From: Naegleria gruberi
Lineage: Eukaryota
DNA: 64,000 bases
Assembly: GCA_000004985.1 (NCBI GenBank)
Contig: GG738909.1
Direction: 5' to 3' (one strand)
Below the pieces are notes generated by a model. The model was given only the letters and a program-made list of their open reading frames with translations, did no database searches and was not told the origin of the DNA. Shown here piece after piece: positions 32,847 to 43,027 of this stretch. A program made the position numbers and the translations under genes. Position 1 is the stretch's first letter; the number at the start of each line of letters is the position of its first letter.

Positions 32847-35276
32847 ATGGATCAACAACAATCTGGTGAGGATATTCACCTCCTAGCCAAGACAGTGCTG
32901 AGTAGTCAGGACCGCAGTGAAAGTTTGGTCGGTATTAGTAATTCTCGAGATGTTTTGGAAAATTCACATCATCACTATAATAACGATGATGACGATACAC
33001 AACATGAAGTTGATGTTGATGATATGGTAACCTATCGACACGGAAAGCCAATTAAAAAACCACTTTTACCTAATTTTTCACAGATGAGTAAGAAGGAGGT
33101 GGCCAAATTATCGTTGAGAACTTCAAAGATTTTGATATTATCTGTTTTATTTGTGGTATTCGGAGTTGTTTATAGTGTTTTTCATAGAAATCCAGTGGAA
33201 GATACTCTTCATTTCGTTTCTATTGGAGAAGCAGAACCAAAATATATTGAATTCAGTACAAGTCAACCTCGTGATATTTTGAGTATTGAAGTTGAAGTGC
33301 CAATTGTTGGTAACGATGTAATTTATAATTTGAGAAAACAAGCCACACATAATGAGGAAAATCATGATTGGAATTTAGTTTTTCAAATTCAAAAATCAAT
33401 GTTTGACAGTGAATTTATTAACTTGTCTGATCAAAATTATACAATTGATTTCCTTCCAAATTTCCCAAGTGTGAATCATACAGAAGTGAATCAAACTGAT
33501 CATCACACAAGTAATCATACTGAACCACATGAGCCAGAACAAGAAAATGTTGATGAAGAGGAATCTGAAATTCAAGCTATCAAGGGATCTTACACATTCA
33601 GCACTGATTTATCCACTCTCAATCAAGAGGAAAAGAAAAATGTTACCTACAGATTGCTTATTACCACCTCATTCCCACAAAATTATACCAACTCATTTGC
33701 AATCAAGGTAAATTTCAAGCAACAACCTGACTATGCCAAGTATAAGGTTATTTATGCTGCATTGGTGTTGGTGTTTGTCTATATTTTGATTATTTTCGAA
33801 TTGGTTCACAGAACTGTTGCTTCCATGCTTGGTTCGTTTATAGTTTTGGCTGTTATGGCTTTTATCAATCAAAGACCAACTTTGAAGGAAATTTGTGAAT
33901 GGATGGAATATGATACTCTTACCTTGTTGTTTGGTATGATGATCATGGTTGGTATCTTTGCCAATACTGGGTTCTTTGAATGGATAGCCCTTGTGGCCTA
34001 CAAATTATCAAAGGGAAGCGTTTGGAGATTGACAGTCATTTTGTGTTTATTCACTGCTGTTGTTTCAGCTTTCCTCGACAATGTCACAACAATTTTGCTT
34101 GTAGTTCCAGTTACTTTGAGGTTGTGCAGTGTTGTAAATGTTTCTCCAATTCCAATCGTTATTAGCGAAGTAATTTTCAGTAATATTGGTGGTGTAGCAA
34201 CAGCTGTCGGTGACCCTCCAATTGTCATTATTGTAAACCATCCTGCCATTAAGGCTCTAAATATTGGATTTTTGGATATTTCTATTTATTTGGCTCCATG
34301 TGCTGTCATTATTGGTGCCTGTACTATTCTTCCAATTCGTTTATTGAACTGGAACCTTTTCAAGACAAAGCCAGATATTGATAATGAAAAGCTTCAAAGA
34401 GAAAAGGAAATTGAAATTTGGGAACAAACTTTGAGAAAGACTAGAGGAAACGGCATTGAAGAAATGAAAGTTAAAGAAAGCTTGCAACTTCACATTGTCA
34501 ACTTGAAAAGTCAGTTGGAAGAATATTTAACATCAAGAGGATCCAATGTCAATAATGGAAAGCTAGGTGCCAAGGAGATGAAGGAATTAAGTGAACAATA
34601 CTTTATTCACAATCCTCGTTTATTCATTATCTGCAGTGCCATTTTGATTATTTGCATTATTTTCTTCTTCTTGGAAAGTTTTATTCACCATTATGTTCAA
34701 ACTAGCTTGGCTGAGGTTGCCATTATTGGAGCTATTACAATGTTATTGCTTTCTGGAATAGACGATCTTGAAGAAGTAATTGAAAAGGTCGAATGGACAA
34801 CTTTACTATTCTTTGGATCACTCTTCATTCTCATGGAAGGATTAACTAAACTTGGATTGATTGATTTTATTGGCACTTGGACTTCATATGTTATCTCACT
34901 TGTACCTGCTGGAGATTTGAGATTATTTGTTGCCATTACTGTGCTTGTATGGGTTTCAGGAATAGTTTCTGCCTTTATCGATAACTTACCATACGCCTCA
35001 GCAATGATTCCAATTGTTTTGAAATTAGCTGAAGAACCAACCAATTTACCTGTTAGACCAATCTTGTGGGCTCTTGCCTTAGGTACATGCTTAGGCGGTA
35101 ATGGTACCATTATTGGAGCTAGTGCCAACGTTGTTGCAGCAGGTATTTGTGAAAATAGTGGACACAAAATGGGTTTCGTTCAGTTCATGAAATACGGCTT
35201 CCCATGCATGCTTCTTTCATTATTGATTAGTAATATTTATCTTGTCATTTTGCATGTTGCCATTGGTGTGAGATAA
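32847..35276 (+). CDS. OCA2/P-protein-like permease (ArsB/NhaD anion-permease superfamily), 809 aa
   Basis: ATG at 32847. Long acidic cytosolic N-terminus. Two 6-TM halves separated by a charged loop. Conserved permease segments such as DNVTTILLVVPVTL, IFSNIGGVATAVGDPPIVII, LGTCLGGNGTIIGASANVV. Confidence 0.75.
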   Translation: MDQQQSGEDIHLLAKTVLSSQDRSESLVGISNSRDVLENSHHHYNNDDDDTQHEVDVDDMVTYRHGKPIKKPLLPNFSQMSKKEVAKLSLRTSKILILSVLFVVFGVVYSVFHRNPVEDTLHFVSIGEAEPKYIEFSTSQPRDILSIEVEVPIVGNDVIYNLRKQATHNEENHDWNLVFQIQKSMFDSEFINLSDQNYTIDFLPNFPSVNHTEVNQTDHHTSNHTEPHEPEQENVDEEESEIQAIKGSYTFSTDLSTLNQEEKKNVTYRLLITTSFPQNYTNSFAIKVNFKQQPDYAKYKVIYAALVLVFVYILIIFELVHRTVASMLGSFIVLAVMAFINQRPTLKEICEWMEYDTLTLLFGMMIMVGIFANTGFFEWIALVAYKLSKGSVWRLTVILCLFTAVVSAFLDNVTTILLVVPVTLRLCSVVNVSPIPIVISEVIFSNIGGVATAVGDPPIVIIVNHPAIKALNIGFLDISIYLAPCAVIIGACTILPIRLLNWNLFKTKPDIDNEKLQREKEIEIWEQTLRKTRGNGIEEMKVKESLQLHIVNLKSQLEEYLTSRGSNVNNGKLGAKEMKELSEQYFIHNPRLFIICSAILIICIIFFFLESFIHHYVQTSLAEVAIIGAITMLLLSGIDDLEEVIEKVEWTTLLFFGSLFILMEGLTKLGLIDFIGTWTSYVISLVPAGDLRLFVAITVLVWVSGIVSAFIDNLPYASAMIPIVLKLAEEPTNLPVRPILWALALGTCLGGNGTIIGASANVVAAGICENSGHKMGFVQFMKYGFPCMLLSLLISNIYLVILHVAIGVR

Positions 35277-35683
35277 AACTTCATGGAGTGATGATAACAG
35301 TTGTTATCGAAATCTTAATAAAGCATTCCTCACCTTTGGTTAATACACCCCATTCTGCATTAGAAGAATCTGGCTATGGAATATTACATGCAGTATTATT
35401 CGCCCGTGAATTCATCCAAAGTTGTATCATTTCCTTATTAATATATACAACTGCTTTTCCAACGCAAATATTCTCTTAAGATTTCTTATTGCCAATATAA
35501 ACCACGAATCAACCTTTGAACTTGGCAAAAAAAAAGGTTCATTCGCTCGCTCTCACATAAATAATAATTATCGTGCTGTCTGTTGGGAGATATAGTTATC
35601 ACAACCATCAACACAACTCGGCTTGATATTTTTTTAGTCTATCAAAGGTATCATCAATCATTGTACATTATTATGAAAAAAAG

Positions 35684-36835
35684 ATGGGAAGCGCAATCTC
35701 TCATCAACCGACAAGTAAGGAAGATAAGAAGATTAAAAAGAAGGTTAAAAAGAAGAAACAAAAGGATGTAAGTATTTTACTTTTGGAAATTTGGAAAATC
35801 ATAATTAAATAGCTTCAAAAATCATTAGAAGCCTCACTTGGAAATCTTGTTTCACCCGAGGAAATTACTCAATTTTTTAATTTATATTCATCTCCGAAAC
35901 TATTGGAGGAATGTTTCTTTGATTTTGAAACATTATATGAAAAGCTATTGGATAATAATGGAGAGGTGAGAAAACTCAAAGTTAATCTAGCTGTTATCAA
36001 TATTCAAAAGTGGTGTGAGAGTCGATTAAAAACGAGACTTGTTGCCAATGTATTACGAGTTACAGAGAGAAAGAAATTGGGATTTGGTTTGGTTCATGTT
36101 GCAATTCTGTTGGGACAATACATTATTCATTGGTTTGATGACGGATTGGTTCATCTGACTCCTATTAAATCCTCACATCCAAATCTTGCTGTTGAAGTTG
36201 GAGAGCTGGATATTGAAGAAAAAAAGGATCAGGAGAAGATTAAACAATTATGCTTTGTGATTTCAGAATATAACACCAAGATGGTGTATAATAATAGGAA
36301 TTGTAATTGTCATCATTTTGTTAGAGATTGCATCAGTGCATTGGATTTGAATTTCTCTTCAATAATGAAAGGACAACTTGGAAATTATCTAAGGAGAATA
36401 AGAAATGGAAAATTACTTACAGAAAGAGAATTCTGTAATCCTATCACTCAAGAAAGAGTGCTGTTTAATACTCACAAACAATTAGATGAATATGTGATCG
36501 ATCTGTTAACAAAACACCCATCTTTCAAAGAAGAGCATCCCTATGATTTTGAGTTATTGAAAGCGTTTGATAGAGGATTCTGGATGGGACATCTCAAAGA
36601 CAAACATGAAAAACTCAAACAAGCAGAAGGACTTCATTATACGTGGAATGAAATATTTCTTCCTCTCATCAAACAAGAAGAGAAAGAGGAAATTGAAAAA
36701 CTTCCTGATGTTGAGGAAACTGCTGAAACTGAAACAATTGTATGCTCTTCTTTTGTGCATTCCATAATTTTTCATGAAAATTATGTCTGTCCATTTGGAG
36801 ATCCACATACTGTTGGATGCTTTTTAGATGTCTAA
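35684..36835 (+). CDS. N-myristoylated PPPDE/DeSI-like (DUF862) putative peptidase, 2 exons (35684..35767, 35813..36835)
   Basis: ATG at 35684 gives MGSAISHQP (Gly2/Ser6 myristoylation consensus). Exon 1 ends at GTAAGT (35768). The aaatag acceptor at 35812 defines a 45-nt intron, phase 0. PPPDE dyad: His in GFGLVHVAILLG and Cys in YNNRNCNCHHFVRDCISAL (compare DeSI HLMHKNCNHFSSALSEIL). Conserved C-terminal module LLKAFDRGFW...CPFGDPHTVGCF. Confidence 0.65.
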
Positions 36836-36951
36836 GATATTGTAAATATTGGCATTTATTTATTCACTTTAGTAACTCGAGTTGTAAACCATTTTTCCAA
36901 ATTAGTCACTTTCAATAAATTAACATTATTGAACACAATTTATCAAAAAAA

Positions 36952-38784
36952 ATGCGCAAACTCATCAGACAAACACTTCAATCATCAACTACCACTGGTA
37001 ATTTGTTAGCCAAGACAAGTTGTTCATTACGTTCAACAAGATTAGTACTTCCATTCGGAATGACATCAAATAATAGTGCAAGTGGAAGTTTATTCAATCA
37101 TTTTGGTTCAACTTGTTGTGGAAATTTGATTAGGTCAAATTATCACACCAATAGAATTTCTCTAAAGAATCTACAACAAGAATGTACTGAAAAATTGGAA
37201 AGTCTTGAAGAAAAGGTTTCACAATTGGTAGTTGCTTCTTTGGCTAACAATTCTGATGATTTGTTGATAAAACAAAAGAAACAAATTGGAAATGAAGTTT
37301 ATTTACTTCTCGGGAAGATAAATCAAGTTGCACAATCAGGAGAAAATTCTGCTCAATTTTATTTGAATTATATTAGAGCTGTTAGATTGTGTGTCAAATG
37401 TTCATTGAAAGGTTTTATTAATCTTGAAACAACTGATGACTTTTTGGCATTCTTGATTAGGGAAAGAGAAAGATTGACTGAAATCAAAGATCCTTCACCA
37501 GCAGTTCCTCACTTTGTTGTTGAATTTATTAAGAGAGAAATTACAGAACAAGATGTAATTGTTGAGAATGAAGATTGGCTCTTTGATTACACGTTCAATG
37601 CATTCAAAACAAACCCAGTTCTTATTGCATATGCTTCAAATATCAATTTGTGTCAATTCCTTCAACAATACTTGTCTGAATATGTTTCATTAAATATGAA
37701 CATGATTGGAAATACTGAATTGGAATATGAAGATCAAGTTATTGTTGAAAAGGAATTTTTCGAATCTGTATTCTATTGGGCTTATTATGTTGCCAATGTG
37801 AACTCATTTGTTGTGGAAGAAAACTCATTAAATCACATGAAGAAGATTTGTGAACAATACGATGCATGGAAAGGAATCAATAAGGATGTAACAATAACTG
37901 ATTTGGAAACTGGACTCGAACTCAAGCTCGACTCTTGTATGGAAGTTGTCAGAGGATCTATTTATGTCTGTGAAGGAAACTTGAGAGAAGCTGAAAAGTC
38001 ACTTAATAGAGCAATTGAAATTGATCCAAACAATGTTCATGCAAGTGGACTCTTATTGAGGGAATGTACTTTGAATTTATATCCAGAAAAGTTGGAAAGT
38101 CTCCAAGAAATTAACAATACCATCACAAGATTTAATCGTGTCCTTGATACTATGAGAAATAAGGAAATAGGAGGAGAGTTGCCTACTTCTGAAATTCCTC
38201 TATTCTCAGCTGATACCAATGTAAAAGCCAGTATTTTATTACATGCTGCTTCACTTGTCAATAAGGAAAGCAAATCTTATGGAGAACTCATCAAGAAATC
38301 AAAGGAATTTTATGACTTATCAGACAAGTTCATCAAACTTCCTTACAATATTTTGAATCTTTTTAATAGAGCTAGATTATATTACAGTTTGGAAGATTAC
38401 ACCAATGCAGTTGCCACAGTTGAGCAATTGTTGTCAATCAAATTTAAATTAACCGAAGACCAAATTAGAGATAGCGTAATCATCATGAATTTATCTCTTA
38501 TTAATTCTTCCCAAGCCAAGGAAGCAATCACAAAGATTGAACCATATGTCAGAGGAATGGCCTATGATTTGGAATTGAGATACTCATGGTTATTTGCCCA
38601 TGAAGCTCTCATCGAACAATCAAAAGATCAAACAGTTGCATTACACAAGTGTATCGAAGAATATCAAAAATTATTGACACCTCTTCAAAAATCTCACAAG
38701 GAAAATGGAAATAAGAATTTGATACCTCACATTTCACATCTTGAGAAGAAGATTGAACAAATTCAAGCCAAGTATTCAAAATAA
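36952..38784 (+). CDS. Helical-repeat (TPR-like) protein with Ser/Thr/Arg-rich N-terminal presequence-like region (610 aa)
   Basis: ATG at 36952. N-terminus MRKLIRQTLQSSTTTGNLLAKTSCSLRSTRLVLPFG resembles a mitochondrial targeting sequence. TPR-like repeats near residues 330-420 (GNLREAEKSLNRAIEIDPNNVHASGLLL). Intronless. Confidence 0.5.
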   Translation: MRKLIRQTLQSSTTTGNLLAKTSCSLRSTRLVLPFGMTSNNSASGSLFNHFGSTCCGNLIRSNYHTNRISLKNLQQECTEKLESLEEKVSQLVVASLANNSDDLLIKQKKQIGNEVYLLLGKINQVAQSGENSAQFYLNYIRAVRLCVKCSLKGFINLETTDDFLAFLIRERERLTEIKDPSPAVPHFVVEFIKREITEQDVIVENEDWLFDYTFNAFKTNPVLIAYASNINLCQFLQQYLSEYVSLNMNMIGNTELEYEDQVIVEKEFFESVFYWAYYVANVNSFVVEENSLNHMKKICEQYDAWKGINKDVTITDLETGLELKLDSCMEVVRGSIYVCEGNLREAEKSLNRAIEIDPNNVHASGLLLRECTLNLYPEKLESLQEINNTITRFNRVLDTMRNKEIGGELPTSEIPLFSADTNVKASILLHAASLVNKESKSYGELIKKSKEFYDLSDKFIKLPYNILNLFNRARLYYSLEDYTNAVATVEQLLSIKFKLTEDQIRDSVIIMNLSLINSSQAKEAITKIEPYVRGMAYDLELRYSWLFAHEALIEQSKDQTVALHKCIEEYQKLLTPLQKSHKENGNKNLIPHISHLEKKIEQIQAKYSK

Positions 38785-38829
38785 ACAGTACTGAGAATTC
38801 AACCAATCACAACAGTCCTTTACAATAAT

Positions 38830-40195
38830 TTATTCATCATCTTCGTCTTCTACATCAGAACTGGTGTCTTCATATCCACAAACGGTTTCATATTGTTCAT
38901 ATTCAAGAATTAAATCTTCGAAATTCCACTCAGCCTCATCCATTTCCATTTCGTCCATTCCTTCATTAAGGAAGTGTGAAAGATATGCCTTTCTTTTTAA
39001 TTGGTTTTTAAATGTGTCTCTAATTCTTTTGAAAGCCTGAGTTATGAAAGTAGCATTTGAAATCATTGAAGCAGAGCTGTTGAATTTACAGACAGGTGAA
39101 ATTGTTTCACATAAGGATGTATGAATACTGCTATGTATCCATTTGGAGAATTGAGATTCATTCTGTATTTTGATTTTTCCAGCACATTCTTCTATCATTG
39201 AAATATTCGAAATGGTACCTCTATAACAAATATTGCTAGTCAAGTATTTACCTTGTTGTGAATTGAGAGTAAGGAGATTATTTGATGAATCAAACAGATT
39301 TCTGGTTAAGGTTTCCAGAGTCGACTTGATTCCATTTTTCACATTCACTTCCATTTGTGATCTAGATATTGAGAAAAAGTGAAGCCTAGGATACGTAACC
39401 AGATTTGTTGCCAATTTTCTGTATGAAGAATTAAGACTCTGAGAAAATCTAAAAGGACTCGTGTACTCACACACCGATTGTGCTATTAAATCATTCAAAT
39501 TCTCATAGCCACAACTCTCCAGTTTAACTTCCTTCCTACAATACTGTTCCAAAGCCTGATTATCAAATAAAGTAACAAAAGTTGAAGCCAATAATGATTG
39601 AACTGAAAGTACAGAATTATAATAGGAAAGGGATCTACCTCCAAAACATTCTTCTGATGGCAAAACTGAAGTTGTGCCTATAAACTTTGATGGATAATCA
39701 TCAGAGAGGTGAGTAAGAATTTTTGAACCGAGTCCTGATCCAGATCCACCAATTATTGAATGAAAAACCTGAAATCCATCCAAGTAATCACATTGTTCAA
39801 TTCTCCTTCTTACTTGATCCATAATTTTCGGCTCAAGTAAGGATCCATCAGTGTAATATCCATTTCCAAATGAATTTCCATTCCCACAATTACCAAAGGT
39901 TGCAAACTTTGATTCCAATAACTTCTCATTAGACAGCAGTATCGAATTGATTGCCTCACTCTCCAAATCAGCTCATCACCACTCTCGGCACAAATTTACC
40001 ATCCTCTTTCTCATGAAGGAAAATATTACAATGTTCTTCAGCTATAGCTTTTAATTGATCGGATGAGGTTGCTGAATCAATCTTCTCTCCTGTAAATATA
40101 TTGAGGTGATGTTCCCTCATTAAATGTTTCCAAAATGATGACCCGATTCTATTACCACATCCTCCTATACAAATACTAACAATATCTTTCATCAA
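38830..40195 (-). CDS. Epsilon-tubulin; single-base frameshift as sequenced near 39968..39972
   Basis: ATGATG at 40190-40195 (MMKDIVSICIGGCGNRIGSSFWKHLMREHH, the tubulin GQCGNQIG N-terminus). After ...KFVPRVVMS a TGA occurs. The +1 frame continues ADLESEAINSILL...GFQVFHSIIGGSGSGLGSKILTHLSDDYP. Joined, PRVVMADLESEAINSIL matches the epsilon-tubulin signature (ARAVLIDMEEGVVNEIL in human TUBE1), and GGSGSGLG is the tubulin GGGTGSG motif. One extra nucleotide (atgAgct) breaks the frame. Confidence 0.75.
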
Positions 40196-40829
40196 TTTTT
40201 GTTGTTAAGGTAATTTTTAAATAATTTGTATCTTAACTCTTTAAGATCTCGGCGTCTGTGTAATTACTGTGTTACTACCTGTATTCCCTTGTGTTCCTCT
40301 ATCCAACCAATCACCTAATATTCGAATTTAAAGGTGTTGCATTAGGAAAGAACGTTCGTAATTATTGTGCTCGGCATGGAAGAATACAGGAAAGAACCTA
40401 GTTACAATTGCATTAGTTTTGTACATATTTTCTGAACTGTTTCTTCAGTACAATCACCATCGCGTAGAGTTATTTAGAAAAATCAAATCCTTATTAGAAT
40501 CTAGATTACAAGCAGCTTGTAATTCTTCATTAAAATGTAATTTCTCAGTTTCATCCATCAACACTAGTCCCAACTGAATAAACTTCACATTTTAATATTA
40601 GATGATATTGTAGCGTTATTGTTCCCTCACTTTACCATCACAAAGGCTTTCTCATCAAGACACCTCAATCCATCATCGCGCCTCAATTTATAAAAAAAAA
40701 GAAACAACACCTTATACATTACTACCTTGTAGATAAGAGGTTTAGTAGTAGTAGTTGATTATAAGACTATTTGAATAGTAAATTAAATAATTACCGGGTA
40801 TTTTAAAGTGATTATAAGAAGGTTGAGTG

Positions 40830-42921
40830 ATGGGAAATCTTAGTTCAAGTCGATTGACTGAGTTTGATTCTGCTCAAACTCAGCAGCCCCAACCTCCAAA
40901 TACCAATAATAGAAAGAGTGATGCGAGTAAGAAAAAAGACTTGACGCCTGATACTATTGTTCTAGGAAAGATTGAGGCTAGCAAATTAATTTCATCTAAA
41001 TTTAAGAAACAATCGGAAAAGGAAGCTTTTGCTAGACAACTGGCATTTGAAGATGAATTGAAACGAAATTTCCTCAATATGGAATTCGTACAACAATATC
41101 TAGAGCGAGAATACTATAGAAAACAACAGGATTTAAATTCATTGAATAGAGCTAGAATGTATCAGAGAGCTTCATCAATACCTGGGATAAGTGTGTCACC
41201 TCCTATTGTTCCTACCACTTCCCGAGGATCAGAAGCAGAAGCATCAGAATCAACTGGAGATGCAGATCAGGATGATGATGAGGAAGTTGAGCCAACTGTT
41301 GTAGCAAAAGCAACAAATTTGTATAGAGCTTTTAGAAAATCAATTGGAAGGTCTATTGGTTCTGAAGCTTCTTCTAGTCAAGATATATTCTCAAATCCGG
41401 CTGGACCTTATACTATAGATACTTTCTCTGCAGGCAATACCTTGACAGTTGGTGATGTCAATAATATTCTTTCCAGTGAAACTAAGCAAGAACAGGAATT
41501 AGATCCAATGCAAGATATTACATTCAAAATCAAATTGATTTTGGTGGATACTTTGAAGAGTGACACTCAAAAGAATATGAGACAATTCATTTCTCCAATT
41601 TTGGCAAAGATGGACAAGTTACCAAACCATGGTATTTTCCATTCTTCTATTAGTTTTGGACCATGGATTTTAGAATTTACAGACTGCGGTCTGTGTATTC
41701 CAAGAAAAATAACGAGTAAGATGGCTCTTCTCTCAATAGACATTAGTGAAATTAAGGGTTGGGATAACATTCAACAAGCTGTAAATAGAATTGCAAAAGT
41801 AGTCTGCAGATATAACACTCAAGTCACCTATTCTAGAAGTAGTACTAGAAGAGATTCGGTTATTTTTTCAAGTCCATCATCCCAATTAGCAATTGAAGGG
41901 CAAAGAAGATATTCTGATGCCCTATACGGATCCCCATATGGTACTCCAACAACTCCTGATTGTGTTTGTTTGAGTCCTCCAATTGGTGGTAGTGCTACTC
42001 TGACAGCTGTAGCTCAAACATTCGGTTCAGGATCTTCATCAGGTCTTGGTGCTGATTCAGGTAAATCAAATAATGGTGAAAGGTTTAGTCATTCTTTCCA
42101 TTCTCAGCACTCAGCACAAAATAAGGATCCTAAAACAAATGGAAACTGTCAAGATTTTGGTAAGTGAATTATCATTTTAGAATATTTTCTATATTTTCTA
42201 TATAGTTGATGAAATCTTGGATAATCTTGAAGCAACACCGGTATTTTCAGAATCTATGCATCAATTCCTTCGAAATTTGAGAAATAAGGGTGACAGTAAT
42301 CTTACTATTAAATTGGATGATCAATTTTTACAAAAGTTTGGTTTGGAGAATAATTCCTTTAATAATATCAAGGAAATGCTCACTCCAAAAAACCCTCTCA
42401 GCAGTGAGGTTAAATCTGTTCACTCAGTCCCAGATAATATGCTGACTACAGAAGCAGTGCAGCAGACATCAAGGAAAAGAAGTAAGAGTGAAGGTGTTCC
42501 ACGAGAAGTTGAAACTAATCCAATGGCATTCATTGAAATTCAAAATTATTGCATTACTTTCAACACCCATGAACAATTGGATTTGTTTGTAAATTTGTTG
42601 CTCACCAAAGATCCAATCTTTCCACGTACCAATCCACAAACCTATGAATTACTAAAGGCGTTTGATAGAGCTTTCTGGATTAAGTACAAATCAGCCCTCC
42701 TGTACAAACCAAATAACTTTAATCACAACCACCAACATGACCCACAACTTGAAATATTATCCTGGGCTCCTCTAAATATGCAATCCAAGACAATAGAAAT
42801 TGCAAGCAATTTAATGATTTGGAATGGAGAGAGAAAAAGAGTTCCGATAAATCAAAACCAACAATTGGGATGTCCTTTTGGTGATCCATTTTCCACAATG
42901 TCCTTCATTCACATTGAATAA
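40830..42921 (+). CDS. N-myristoylated paralog of the PPPDE/DeSI-like gene, catalytic Cys motif lost; 2 exons (40830..42159, 42206..42921)
   Basis: ATG at 40830 gives MGNLSSSRL (myristoylation consensus). Exon 1 ends at GTAAGT (42160). The tatatag acceptor at 42205 defines a 46-nt intron, phase 1. Retains the His region NHGIFHSSISFGPW and the YNTQVTY segment. Where the paralog has NCNCHHF this gene has SRSSTRRDS. Shares the C-terminal module FNTHEQLD...YELLKAFDRAFW...GCPFGDPFSTMSF. Confidence 0.6.
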
Positions 42922-43027
42922 TAAATCATTATCGTCATGCAAAATAATATTAAACACAAATCATTATTGCATTATTATAATTCATAAAAAAGTCTGTGCC
43001 ATTTTTTTCCTTTAAATAACTCATTTA

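Noticed and set aside
39958-39979. A 22-nt GT...AG segment (gtggtgatgagctgatttggag) that could be spliced out to repair the epsilon-tubulin frame
   Set aside because: It is shorter than any other intron in the window (minimum 41 nt). It would also delete VVMADLE from the conserved epsilon-tubulin signature. A 1-nt correction instead yields a perfect PRVVMADLESEAINSIL match.
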